From Chrysomallon squamiferum (Eukaryota > Animalia > Mollusca): 64,000 bases of DNA. Positions 50,480 to 64,000 of the stretch are shown piece by piece (positions within the stretch are counted from its first letter, which is position 1; every line of letters starts with the position of its first letter). The notes under the pieces were generated by a model. It worked only from the letters and a program-made list of their open reading frames with translations, was not told the DNA's origin and ran no database searches. A program made the position numbers and the translations under genes. Where the stretch lies: assembly GCA_012295275.1 (NCBI GenBank), contig CM022672.1:14074001-14138000 (forward strand), written 5' to 3'.

Positions 50480-51970
50480 GGACTACAATGTTAGATATGA
50501 TGTGCAATAATTTGGAAAAACTAGACATAATCGAGAAACAACAGAATTGTACGGAAATAACTGTACAGGACATTATTGGAAAAATGTAAAACATATTGAA
50601 ACGAGTATGAATTAATTTAACGAAGGAAATTCGACGGATTTATAAGGCCTATTGTTGCTAAAATCGTTTCGTAAAAAAACAGAGAAATAGTGATAAAAGT
50701 GACATTCACAGAACTAATAAATAAGCCATACGGGATTAATGAACAATTCCCGAAAGAAATTAATGATAGGAGAAGATTACTATATCAACACTACTAATCA
50801 GTAAAAATGGAAGGGAAAAGAGCGAACGGAAATGATGACAAACTGTATATCGTGGGCAAACTGTTTACACTAAGAGGACGGAAGAGAAGACAATCAGACA
50901 AACATACCAACTCAGACAACAGAAACAAGACAACAGAGATCACAGTAACACAAGCCAAACGCTCACCAAGACAAGCTATCACATTTTATTCATCATCTGT
51001 TGCTTTTGACAACTTTCAAAATGAATACTTGTCATTTGGTAAAATGCATAACACAGTCTATCTTATTATTGACTTTAAAAGTAGAACAACTGATGATGAT
51101 GATTTTATTATTACTGAAAAAACAGAATATTGTGATTTAGTCTTAAGATATTAAATATATTAAAACAACAGTATCAAAGGATAAAAAGAAAATTAACTTT
51201 GGATTCATTCACCTCGATTTCTGTACGAAAAATAGCATGTTTATTATGAAAAGGGAGAGTAGGTGAAGATACATATGTGGGGGAAAACGTTAAAACAGCA
51301 GAATATGCTTGTAAACATGCTAGTGTCGTTGGTTACTGCATTACAAATGTTAAATTATTGTCACTGATAGAAAACATTTCTATACTGCCATTTTCTTCTT
51401 TGTTATGAGATGTCCACAGGCCTTTATGTATCAAGCTATGTTCGCAAATAAATCCTCAATACTTTATCAAGCTCTAACGAAATCCCAGGAAAATGGGTTG
51501 CTTAGTGGGACTAATTAAACCAATATATAAAAACAGAGGTGCTCGAAATGGTAGTTTTAAGTGTGAAATCCGTGTCAGACAAGAAGAAAATCGTTCGCCG
51601 TTTATTTAAGAATTTAATATTATCTAAAGCGTTTTTGTCTAATATATGTTGACGATATAATACTATTAGCAGAATCGCCGGATGCTCTGCAATATAATCG
51701 TAACATTGTTTTCAGTTAATGCTATTCAGACTATGGACACTTAAAGTTAATACAAATAAAACTAAAATAAGGATTTTCAGTAAAGGGAGAAAACTTCGTG
51801 ATTACATATTTAGTGGAGAGATTATTGATATGGTAGATAACTATTAACAGTCTGTTCACTTACGACTTAAAACAACAATAGAACAAAACAACGAAAGCTA
51901 TGCCTGCGCTAATAGTTAAAAGTCGTCAGAATAATTTCTCCAACGGTTGTATATTTGACTGTTTTACAGA
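50480..51970 (+). mobile_element. Decayed, internally deleted non-LTR retrotransposon (CR1/L2-group-like LINE)
   Basis: Ordered remnants with stops and frameshifts: ORF1-like RPIVAK...KPYGINEQFPKEINDRRRLLY..EGKRA...DKLYI (about 50645-50865); endonuclease-like YLIIDFKSRT (compare GDFNSRT, about 51059-51091); RT-like VRQEENRSPF and YVDDIILLAESPDALQ...LKVNTNKTKIRIFSKGRK (about 51570-51840). Confidence 0.8.
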
Positions 51971-52703
51971 CTAATACATGTCACTGGCATATTAATTACA
52001 TGTTAACTCGCTTATTTTTATTACGATTGTAAATTGTCTGTTTTTTTTGTTGTTTTTTTATTGGATTTTTTTTCATTTTGATTGACGACGTTGGCACATT
52101 TTAACCAATTTTTATTGATCCCAAACAGGTTTATTGTTTTGAGTTGAATTAAAGTCTTTCATCCTTGAGCGACTTATTATTTTTCATATTAAACATGCAC
52201 GAAGACTGTAGCAGTAAATTATAGATAATTATCATAAAACAAATGAATAAATCCAACATACCGAGACCACTAAGAATAATATTGCTCGCTGAAAATTATT
52301 CTTTACCTCGACTCTCTGATAGATAAAAGAAAAGTAAGTGCTGTTTGAACAACAGCAGCTGCACATGCTTTAAGGGCATCAAGCTATTCAGAAAAAATCC
52401 ACTCGGAATGTTAAACCTGAAGTCCGAATAAAGAGAACGCGTCCTTTGGATGTCGGAGATGAGATTTACGCTTACACGTATTGCAAGAATCTTCGGCTGT
52501 TCCTGTGCATTTTTAGAACGTTACAAATGGACACGGCAGACCGGCCAAGAGTAGGCAGAGCAGGTGTGTCCAGGTCATGTGATGACCGGTACCTTACGTA
52601 GATTGTATCTGCGGAATCGTTTGCTGGCACTGACGTCATCAAGGACATATGCCTTAACAAGCAGACAACAGACATTTATTACTATTATTATTATTATTAT
52701 TAT

Positions 52704-52747
<44 letters not shown>

Positions 52748-53265
52748 ATATTAGTATTAGTATTTTAAACGGTTTACATAATATTTAAATGAGCGAACTC
52801 ATCTTTCTTTCTTTTTTTCTTTTTTCTGTTGTTGTCCTCAACGGAAGCTGAATCTATTACCAGTAGAGTTAATAATAATAATGGAGAAATAAAAATAGTA
52901 GCAACAAGAGTAATATGATAATTACAATAATATTACCGAATCAAAATCAGTAATGGTAAAATAAGAAGAAGAAGAAGAAGAGTAAACAAATTAAAAAGTA
53001 ATTATCATGACGATAATGGATAATAATAATTAATAACAATAATAATTACACTGACACAATAACAATAACAGTAAATAATAATGATAATCATAGTAATAAC
53101 AATAGTATAACAATTTTTACAGTATAATTAATAAGAGTAATAATGATAAATACTAAATGATATCTGCACTATATTACTACAAAATATCCTTTAATGACAA
53201 TCTAACCAGACTGCTTTAGGAAACAGTTACATTAATATTTTAATGTTACAGTGAAAAAATAAATG

Positions 53266-53297
<32 letters not shown>

Positions 53298-53840
53298 AGT
53301 TTAAAAAATTAAAATAAATAATTAAATGAAGTAGCACCTATCTTGTAGGGACATGTTTAGTGCAATGAAAAAAACGTGACCCCTCATCTGAGCGACAAAA
53401 ATTATATTCAGTCTTTTTTAACATATTTACAATCTTTATTCACAGGCACCACACCAGTACTCACGACAGACTTAAACCACTGTGATCTGGCATTGTCACA
53501 GCTCATAGCGTTCTCCTAAAACACAGTTGCAAACATATCGAGTTTATTTATGGATGCAGTACATAAAAAGATATTTTGCATGTCAAAAAGTCAAAATTAG
53601 ATATGAAATAGGTTGAACTCGTACAGTCTGTTGCGCAAGCATTTGGTGATTGCAGATTGCGGGATCTTGTGTTTCAACCAAAACGAGATTCCCTGCGAGA
53701 ACTGGGCAGTGCAGGAAATGGGTAACGTCATCTATAAAACTTAGATTTGTTTTCTTTGTTCAAATCAAGATCATTTTGAAACAAGCATACGACAACTAGT
53801 GTTCTACAACTTACTTTCTCTACACTCGATTTGCCTAAAA

Positions 53841-54356
53841 TCATTCATGAAAAAGTTGCAGCCTCTGTTGAATTTTGAAAACTACAGATAAGAAACATCG
53901 TGACTAAATAATACGACACATTATTTTTCATATACAAAAGCGATTACCATTAAATAATCAAAACGATTAAGCGGTTATAATAACCAGACAAATGATAAAG
54001 CAAATATTTTGTACAAATTTCAATGTCACATTAATGAAAATTCCGTTGTTGTTGTTATTGTTGTGTTGTTGTTTTTTTGTATTAGCAACATCATTCTTTA
54101 ATGTTACTGGTTTAAATCAGTGGTTCAAAGCTGTTTCCGCACTGCTGCATTAAACAACAAAATTATCATCGATCCTCTTTGTTGTCACATAGTCTGTTAG
54201 ATTGGTTACATGACACACGAACGTGATACGTTTATTTGTTAATCATCATCATCATTATCATCATCATCATCATCATCATTATGATTATTATGATTATGAT
54301 TATAATTATGATTATTATTATTATTATTATTATAATTATTATTATTATTATTATTA

Positions 54357-54392
<36 letters not shown>

Positions 54393-55103
54393 AAAACTCT
54401 CTTTCTCCATGTTTTTATCCACACATTAAACATATTGTTTATTGTTCCCAATAGTACCTTCTAGAGTTTTCGAAAATTTCTGAATTGACACAATAACAAT
54501 CTAAAATCTAAAACACAGAATAATAACACTAAATGAATAATTTTGACTGCTTGTATGTACTTTTTAAAAAGTGAGTTTTGAGTCTTGAATTAAATCTGCT
54601 GGCAGTTTTCAATTCTTTATCTGCTGATGGTAAAGTGTTCCAGATTATCTATCGATCAAGATTATTAAAAGGAATAGCAAGGGAGAAATAATATATTGGT
54701 ATTTGTTAAGTGTTACTGCATTAAAAATAAAACTTCTGTTGTCAAATGTGTATATAAATGTATTTATTCGTCTTTCGGCATTCTTTTTTAACTGTGAATC
54801 CGTTTCTCCACTGAAATAAAAAATGTGACCGATATTATAAACATATATGTATTGTTTTATATAGAAATTGTGGTGTTCAATTTATGTGTGTGGATGTGTA
54901 TGTGTATATGACTATTTGTAGCTAGCTATATGCATATTTCTCGTTTATGTATGTATCTGTTTAACAGTATATATGAAAAAAGACTTACAGCTATTCAAAA
55001 ATACGCTACTTCAGCGACAGTTACTAGACCATCTTCTGCAAGATAAAAGAACCTATTTATTTATTTATTATTATTATTTGCGTGTGTTCTTGTGTGTGTG
55101 TGC

Positions 55104-55152
<49 letters not shown>

Positions 55153-56833
55153 GTCTTTAAATACTGATTAAATGGGAAAGCGTTTATTATTACATGTATT
55201 TATTTCTTTTCGTTTTTTGCGGGTAGTTGGAAGCTATGGGCCTTTTTCTTTCTTTTTTTTTTTTTTTTTTTTTTGTCCATTGCACAGTCAACTTAACATT
55301 CCATTTCCCAGGTTCATTTCTCAAAATTTTACCTCCATATAGATTTCTAAAGTTTCCATGAATGCCTTGCTTGTTTTTCAAGTAAAAATGTCTTTCTATA
55401 TTGCATTTATACTATAAAATGACAATAAATAACAAATAACAGTTTTCATTTTTCTTCATATTATGTTGAGTGTGTCATTGTTAGTGTATGCGTGTATATG
55501 TGTGTGTCTGTTTGTGTATGTCTGATAACTGAAGGGCATACTAAATTCAGCTAACTGTGGAGACACACATTTTTTGGAAGACTTGTAGATAGCGATATGG
55601 TTTTAACTACAACCGCAAACAGAGGTCTGCAAAATGTTAATACGAGTTAAAAAGGAGTCTTTGCGATGCATTTATATATGTAAAATCAAATAATTACTTA
55701 CTGTTACGATCAAGGAAAAGCAGCTGAGAAGGCCTTTCATTTTCAGAAATAAAGGCATCATGGTTCGTATCTAATTCTTTGAAATAAACTGCTGAGTCTT
55801 GTGCTATGCATAGGTCTAACTCTTTCTTTATTATCTTGTTGTCTTCTACAATTGTCAATACATACAATAATAAGTCTGTACATACACTTACATGCACGCA
55901 TGCACCTCCCCCCGATACATACACACAAGAACACAGAAACTCAGTTCAAGGCCTTTTACAAAGTGATGACGTTAAATTAGGATAATCTATATCATGTTAT
56001 ACTTTCTCCATATAAAATGAATGAAACTTTGTTTAAAAGACATTTTATACTAGAGCTATGCTAACCTTCCCAGTCTAGATAGTGTTTTAAAGCAAAGTTA
56101 TATCCTTCTACACACTGAATATATAATAGATTTATCCACCAACATTTGGCTTTAAAACATTGATATAAAATATTTGGAAAACTGTAGGAAACAAAATTTA
56201 TCGAAGCGATCAGAATGAAAGCATGCAGATATCTGCGTCAGCTTACCAGAAAAATCACAAATCTGGAAAAGTTCCCAAATTTCGACAGAGTTTAATATAT
56301 TATCACCATCGCGGTCGTACAGCTTAGCAGTTGCATATGGATGAAATAATTGGTATCCGTGTGTGAAGGCCGCCCTGAAACAAGGAAAGTCGCAACATCA
56401 GCATAACTCGTACAAAACCACGTCAGCATAATTGATGCAATACATCTGCACGAGACTACACTATCAGAGGCAATATACCGCCAGCGTGACTGAAACGACA
56501 ACAGTCAGCATGCCTCGCATGACGTTATCTGAGGGAAAATAAGGTGAAACCGGCGCGATACTTTTGTCACTGTTAGTCCTAGACTTTAGTGACGTACAGT
56601 TTCCTTGATTAAGAATTATTTTGACCAATAAAAATTAAATATCCACCCAACAAAATGGTTTACCTGAAAATTAATATATATATCTGCCACGTGAGAAAGT
56701 TTGTTTGTTAGTGATTTAAATACGAAGAAATAAAAGTGACTCATTATTTTTATTTAGTATTTTGATAATTAATGAAAAAGAAAACTTACGTGGAAATAAC
56801 CATCGTCAGTGTGAACAATAGTGGAAACTTCAT
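53841..56833 (-). CDS. Secreted four-EF-loop protein, array copy E (apparently intact, 134 aa)
   Basis: Exons 56790-56833, 56247-56374, 55702-55845, 54989-55036 and 53841-53881 give MKFPLLFTLTMVISTAAFTHGYQLFHPYATAKLYDRDGDNILNSVEIWELFQICDFSEDNKIIKKELDLCIAQDSAVYFKELDTNHDAFISENERPSQLLFLDRNKDGLVTVAEVAYFLNSFFKIQQRLQLFHE*. Non-coding exon 1 ends at 57375. Confidence 0.85.
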
Positions 56834-57552
56834 GGTTTATCTGAAGCAATAAGAACAACAACAACAGCAACGACAACGATAATAGTAGTGGTAGTAGTAA
56901 TAATAATAATAATATTAATAACAATAATAACACCATCACCATCACCATCATCGAGAACAACAACAAGAAGAACAATAATAATAACAGGAAAATGTAAATA
57001 AATATAGGAAGTTCTTGTACTTTGTAATTTATATATCGGAGTATAAATTAAATAAAAAGTCGTCTAGCAATTATTATCACGTATTGTTTCTTTGTAATTC
57101 TGTTCAGGTCATTTAATGTTGTTTATTAATTTAGTAATTGTGCTTAAAGTACAAAGCAGGACAAATACAGAGGAAAGCCCATTTCAAAACATACACAAGT
57201 AGAGACTATGTTACAACAAATCATCCATTGTATACATTTTTATTTTAACGTCAAGGTACTTAAATATATAAAGAGAATTTTTGTGACCTAAACTCTTACT
57301 TCGAATATAAGCGTGATAGAAAATGTACTAAGTTTGATAAAAATATAGAATAGTAACAGCGGAAAAATACTTACCTGTATAAACTATACAACACGCTGGT
57401 CGATAACAAATGGCGAAGTAGAGCTATGAAGGTCCTCATATGCATTATCTATTACATAATCATGCATATTCAGTCACTCAGTATTCAAATTTCTATTTAA
57501 TATTTCATTTAATTTGATGCGATGTATATCTCTCCGTTTTATAGATTATGTT

Positions 57553-57587
<35 letters not shown>

Positions 57588-59617
57588 ATAATAGAATATT
57601 AGTCTTGTAGAAGCAGTAACACCAGTTGTAGCCTAGTAGCAGCAGGTTGTAACTGAAAGAGAGTTACTCTTTGTATTTTTAATATCACAACTGGAATAGA
57701 TATTTAGAGCAGTATAATAGTGAAAGTCATTGCTGTTATTTGTTTTCTAATTTTGCTTTTAAGCAAATTCTGGGGAATGTAGCTAGGAAGCAAGGCAGGA
57801 GTCGATCTAAGACTGTCTAAGACAACATCAGATAAGAACCAACGACAGCTTAGAATTATTCAACAGTGCTGACTGTCTCTTTACATAAAATAGTTACACC
57901 AAAATATTGCATTATAAAATAATTTTCTACTGAAAAACTTAGACACATTATCTAGTATAACAGCTGCATATTTCTTGCGCCAGAACATGTACGTAATAAT
58001 TGCTGCCGTAATTGTGTGCGCCTATCTGCATATTGTAAAAGTTTGATTATGTAGTTTTACCGTTTGGTATTCGATATTGTTGCATATTTGGTCCATATAC
58101 TAGGCAATAATAAAACAATCAAAATTCATCTACAACTGACTTCACGTTCGTCTATTTACTAAATAAAGAATCTAACATGCGTCAAGTAATAAATCGTGTT
58201 TGCAACCTCTCTAAATGCGGCAATATCCTATCTTAAATAATTTGTATTAAATGGCGACATCATCTACATATCAAACTTTCTTTATCATTTGCATTTTGTA
58301 AATCTTATTCATCAGTCATGTCTCTTACAAGAATCTCTATAGTTTCAAATGAATATTAAGTAAACAGTGTAATATAAAAATATCGAAGCCAAAATGTATC
58401 AATATAATCAAATAAAAGTAGTTAAACGGCATATAACCATCGAAGTGGATATTTCTTTGTTATATGTTTAATTGTTACTATTTCTTTGTGCCATAATAGT
58501 TTAAGAAACTTCTGGTATATGTCTGTCACATATTAAATTGCTTATTGTTATTAGGATTCTAAATTGTTTTCTTTTGTCGATTGACGACGTTGGCAGGTTT
58601 TTACCAATGTTTATTGATCCTAAGCAGGTTTATTGTTTAGAGTGAAATTAATGTCGTTCATCCTTGGGCGTTTTATTATTTTTCATACTAAATATGCTCT
58701 ATGACTATAGTAGTAGATTATAGATAACAGTTTTAAAAGTGAAATTTCAGAAAACTAATCAGTCCAAAATACAGTTTCTACTCAGAATAATATTGTTTGC
58801 TGTAAATGATTCCCTACCTCGACGCCTTTATGGATGAGTGGAAAGCACGCGCACTTTGGACAATAGCAGCTGCAGACGATATGTGAAACATCCATAAAGA
58901 TAAAAGGGAAAAAAACCCATTGGTAATGTTATATCTGATATCCGAGCAAAGCGAACGCGTCCTCTGTACGATAGCGATGGATCTTTAGCAAGTCGAAAAC
59001 AGCGCTGGTCATCCTTAAATTAACCATTCAACATTTTACTTACGATATTCTTCGTCCGACTGTCCTACTTTTACTCCTCTCTAACTGTGACGTCATCAGC
59101 AACATACGCCTTAATTCGCAGACTAGTGGCACTGGTCGCGTTCTGGATGTTGTGACTTGCGGTGCAGAATGTTTCACGGTGTTCGGATGTATCTTTCATA
59201 CACGAAAGTCACTGCTGGTCATCCTTAAATTGACTGTTAAGCAATATATTTAAGATATCCTCTCTAACTTTTTATCATCTCTAACTCTTTCTGCTGTTGT
59301 CCTGTATAACGAGTGCCATGGCCACTTCGGAAAAACTCCTATAAAACATTCTTGGAGCGAATAACGTTAATGTGCTGCCTTGGTGTGTATGCTCCGCAGG
59401 CATATCCCTCAAACGACACCTCAGGGCTGTCATATGTCATCTTAGTACTGTAACCTGTCTCGATGGTATCTGTGTACTGTACGTCCTGTAGTACTTCGAA
59501 ATATTTTGTTGCCTATGTTGGAATTCAGTTGGAAAACAATAAAAGTAGCACATAACAAAACAAATTCACAATTATTCATTCATATAAATTATATTTGCTT
59601 TTCTGTTGTTAGTTTTT

Positions 59618-59655
<38 letters not shown>

Positions 59656-59984
59656 GTGTTGTTGGGGGGGATTCTTTTTTTTTTTTTTTTTGTTGTTTTA
59701 TGTTGTTGTTTCTTTATACTCAAACAGATAATGCATGATCTTTCGTAGAAAAGTGACAGTGAAAGTGGGGGAACAGTTACTCGTTATGTAATAGCTACAG
59801 CGTCAAAATAGTTCAGAAACATAACATCGGCGTACTATTTTTAATTGGAAACGAAAAATATTTCCATCAGGTAATATTTCCAAAAATGAAGTCATCATTG
59901 AAGCTTTATTTTACAATACACGAAGATATTTTATTTCAAGGTTATACCTGCTTTTTCAATCTATGCATAGTTAAATCACCTACA

Positions 59985-60534
59985 CACTGACCGATCAGGA
60001 TGAAAGTAAGCAGACAAACATCCGCGTCAGCTACCTCAGTATCACCAGTACGATGTCACATCAGCACGACCAATACAACTCGACATGCGCATGACTAACG
60101 TAGCGCAGTGCTAAGGTAAGTGTCGCGACACGTCTGCAAAAATGACTGATACGACATGACGTCATAATAACTGGCAGAACAGAACGTCAACAAAATATCT
60201 TCATGACATTAGTAAAGTTCAAAATCCTTCATTAAGAATTACTTTCACCAGTACAGAGTGTCTCTAAAGAGTAACACACGCCTTCTGTGTCAAAATGTTT
60301 CAGTTTTGTTTATTACAGATTTAAAAATAAAGAAACAAAAGTGAGTTTTCGTGGTGATTGACTCCGCTTTCCCCTCACTCGTATTTCTAATTTTAAAATG
60401 TGCAATAAAATAATCAAAAAGAAAACTTACTTTATAAAAATTACTAACAGGGTTAACGACAGTGAAAACTTCTTTGTTTATCTGAAACTAATAATAATGA
60501 TAACTATAATAACAATAAATTGAAAATATGTGAA

Positions 60535-60593
<59 letters not shown>

Positions 60594-61815
60594 AGAAAGT
60601 CATCAAGATATATTGCTCAAGTAGGTTTATGAGTATTGCTCTCTTCTGCTACATGGCTGTGGTTCAGTGAAGCAAAATGTAAACTACTAAACAGTGTACT
60701 GGATCCGACACCCAGGCTAACACGTACCGAATTCCGACTGTTTAACTGGGGTTTTTCTAATTTAAACTATTCATTGATTCTCTGTTGTTGTTTCATTATT
60801 ATGATTTATTATTATTCACTTTCGAATATTTAACTACAGACATCCAATAAAATATTGTGCCGTGGTCAGCCAACGAAAGAGATAACATAAAAAGATTAAA
60901 TTTTATAAACGTTAAAGAAGTCACCAAATATATTTTTAGTACAAAAGTTGATCCATTCTTTCTTTCTTTTTACTTTTTTTTTTTTTTTCATTTGCTAATA
61001 ATCTCAAGACTGGAAGGAAAACATCCATGCTCAAAAGATGCTAATTTTTTTCACTTTACAAAACTTCCATGGTTCACTCATAATCACCATTCGTTTAATA
61101 AAATTTAAGTTTGTCATAGAAACTGACTGAACTGTCAGTAAAGTTCTGTTAATAACAGTGTATTCTGAATTTTAATCTACATTTAGCAATTTGCAAAGAT
61201 CTGTTTGACTCAGTTTAGTTCCTGTTTTATTTTTACTTCCAGCATCAATACTTACGTAACACCTAATATGTTTTAACATCAACTGAAAAAAACCCAAAAG
61301 CAACGAGAAAAACAAACAAACACAAAACCCCCATAAAACTGAAATGTAATAATGGTAATGGAAATCAAACTATAGATGTATAAAGATCTGTGGTGTATTG
61401 TGGTTAATTGTCAGTATTTACTGGTTAAATGTCGCTCATTCTTAAGTCTTTATTTTCGACGCTCGCTCTGTGAATATGACGACAAAGAGCTGTGGGGTAC
61501 GGTACTATCTTAGAATAACTGCTTTTCACAACAGGAAAGAAATAGTTATGATCCATGATTATATTATTGAAAGAACTTAATATTTATAATAAATTTACAA
61601 TCTGGCTCACCGAGCACACCTGCAAAAATACAAGCCTCTGAACTAGACTGATTTTTACTTTAATTTGGAACATCACTGTGAATGAATATCTACTAACTTT
61701 TGTTTCTGATGATAAAAATATAGAATAACAAGAACCAACAGAGACTTACCTTTGTAACTACGCAGGTCGACGGCTGATAAGAAAATGGCGAGATATTGTC
61801 TTCATATATTTCATC
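59985..61815 (-). pseudogene. EF-hand array copy F, older pseudogene
   Basis: Exon-1-like segment at about 61750-61810 with a GTAAGT donor. The signal-peptide exon 60431-60481 keeps both splice sites, but ATG has become AAG (KKFSLSLTLLVIFI). Intron-2-like and intron-3-like sequence are joined near 60030, with exon 3 deleted. Confidence 0.7.
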
Positions 61816-62086
61816 TTTTGCACAGTTATGTATATTAAACAGTTATATTTTTACATATATTCAGTGATTTAATGACATATAATATTTTAGAAAATTAGAG
61901 ATAAAAAACGGCTGAGAGTTTTTTAGAATCACAACTCTCAGTCACTTCGCAGGTCTAACGTCTACAAGCTTTCTCTCATAAAACGTATAACGCAAGATAA
62001 CCGCAATTAAAAGTGTGTCTAATGTGGCTCACTTATTAGTATTTTGCAGACATCTCCTTCTAGTTCTGTATGCCATACATACATAC

Positions 62087-62205
<119 letters not shown>

Positions 62206-62974
62206 GTGACTGTTCTTAAATACATATTATAAGGTACAAATATTGGACTGATAGGCTGCATAACCGATGCGCAGGTTACGGTTCAACATATATCTCTCAC
62301 TCAGTATTCACCAACAGATCAACAGAAGCAGCAGCAACAACGACAACAACAACAACAATAGCAACAGAAACAAGAAGACATAATAATACTCTAAAACTGA
62401 CCTCTGTAATAAAATCAATTATTTAAGACGAATCGAAAATGATAGCGGTAATTGTTCATAAGCATATTTAAGGTATATAAATATTTGACTGATAACCTGT
62501 CATCAAATATTTCCCATTCTGGCATTGGTTCTGGCAGAAATAAGAATAATAACAATAGCAACGCATTAACAATACTCCAAAAATCAAGTTCTGTTGTTTA
62601 TTTAACATGAATCGAAAATGAATTGTAAAACAGTTTTTAAAAATGACCATTGAAGCTAGATTATTAAAGTTAATACACTAGTATTTTTAAAGTATAAGTT
62701 ATATATTAAAAATGACACTTCAGAACCCCACGTTTGTACGCAGAATTCGGTGACACTGAGCTTGGAGGATCCGATACTCATGGCTTCCTAACATTAATTA
62801 TTCCTTAAAATACAAGAGAAAAATATTTTTATTAAAATAATAATATCCTATTATCTTTCCATTATTTAACGTAATCAATGAAATTCTATTTTACGATCTA
62901 CGAAGACATTTTATTTTAAAGTTATACCCACAATGCAAATCTGTACAAATGAGTTTACCCACTAGCAACCTGAT

Positions 62975-63605
62975 TTCAGATAAATAACATTTTGAGACAA
63001 ATATCTCTGTCAGCTTACAAGAAAAACAACATATCTGGAAAAGTTTCCAAGCTCCTATATTGTGTGTTATATTATCTTGATTATCATGAGATTTTTTTAA
63101 ATAAAATCTTTGTATAAAAAAAAAAATTGTCAAAAATAAAAATAATTTGGTATGAGGCATTTGCCAGTTATTTAAAACGAATCGAAAATGAAATAATGTT
63201 TTCATTCCCATGTTAACGTTTTCACAAAGAATATAAAACAGTATAATTATTAAACAGTTTTACAAATGACCAGTGATCATTAAAATGGATAACTGTATAA
63301 AATTAATATACTAGCATATCTTACATTAAAATAAAATTCGCTTCTAACTGTTCCTATATATTTATTTAGAAATATCATCTACTGGGTCATTTCTTTTTGA
63401 TGGTGATCATCTCGATTGAAATCACAATTGAGACACGTCTAATATGAACTGCTGGTGTATATGTTTGTTGAAATGTACGTTTGTGTGTATTTAAATGTGT
63501 CTATGTATATATGTAACGAATTATCTGTGTGAATTTTGTCTGAAAAACGTACAAGCGTTCACAAACAATCCTACGTCATTGACACTTACTATTCCATCGT
63601 CTGTA
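62975..63605 (-). pseudogene. Further EF-hand family remnants: an exon-3-like and an exon-5-like segment
   Basis: About 63019-63085 encodes HDNQDNITHNIGAWKLFQICCFS followed by a gtaagc donor (compare DRDGDNILNSVEIWELFQICDFS in copy E). About 63553-63600 is a 48-nt AG..GT-bounded exon encoding (N)DGIVSVNDVGLFVNA (compare KDGVVSVAEVAHFLNS). Intron-1-like sequence follows at about 63680-63890. Confidence 0.6.
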
Positions 63606-64000
63606 AACATATTTAAGAATTTGTTTCGCAGAGAAATGCAACGGTTAATAACCAAATATATGAAATTGTCGACTATTTTATTAAAAATAATCCATCAGCT
63701 GCTCGAATACATTTGATTTCAAAAACATGAAAATGTTACCTGGTTTTGTTTTTAAATTTCTTTTTAACTTCATGGTACGTGAAGAAAATTATTTCGGAAA
63801 AACATATCACCTTCAATATACAGTGTGAGAAAGTACCTAAATATTTATTTCACAATTTTTATTTTCTACTGATAAAAACAGAATATTAAAATCTATGCAA
63901 CGCATGTATTTTATATGTAAGTATAAATTTATCTCTTTTTTATATACACAATTTTAAAACCCCTGATTAACAGCCAGGTAATAGCAAAATACTAATTGTT

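Noticed and set aside
50807-51154. 115-aa ORF as a host gene
   Set aside because: It is part of the decayed LINE (fused ORF1 and endonuclease remnants).

Overview
This is very AT-rich, microsatellite-rich, intron-containing animal DNA; a mollusc or other lophotrochozoan source is my inference, not shown by the sequence. Most entries in the ORF track are microsatellite artefacts, and the real genes are spliced on the minus strand. Three loci were assembled by hand. (1) A 14-coding-exon SH3BP2 (3BP2)-like PH / Pro-rich / SH2 adaptor gene, 5817-15172, about 383 aa. (2) A 12-exon type I membrane protein gene, 22486-29643, about 415 aa, with 17-aa Cys-rich CxxCxxG repeats and a C-terminal YSGL motif. 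(3) From about 30.6 kb to the window end, a head-to-tail array of small (about 134 aa) secreted four-EF-loop proteins: two apparently intact copies (D, E), two with a damaged last exon (A, B), two pseudogenes (C, F) and further remnants. The array is the most notable system. Its EF loops are paired only 20 residues apart, one loop has a SPARC-like C-x15-C staple, one copy is an apparent recombinant chimera, and differences between close copies are mostly non-synonymous. Decayed LINE fragments, minisatellites and a left-right CpG contrast are also present.
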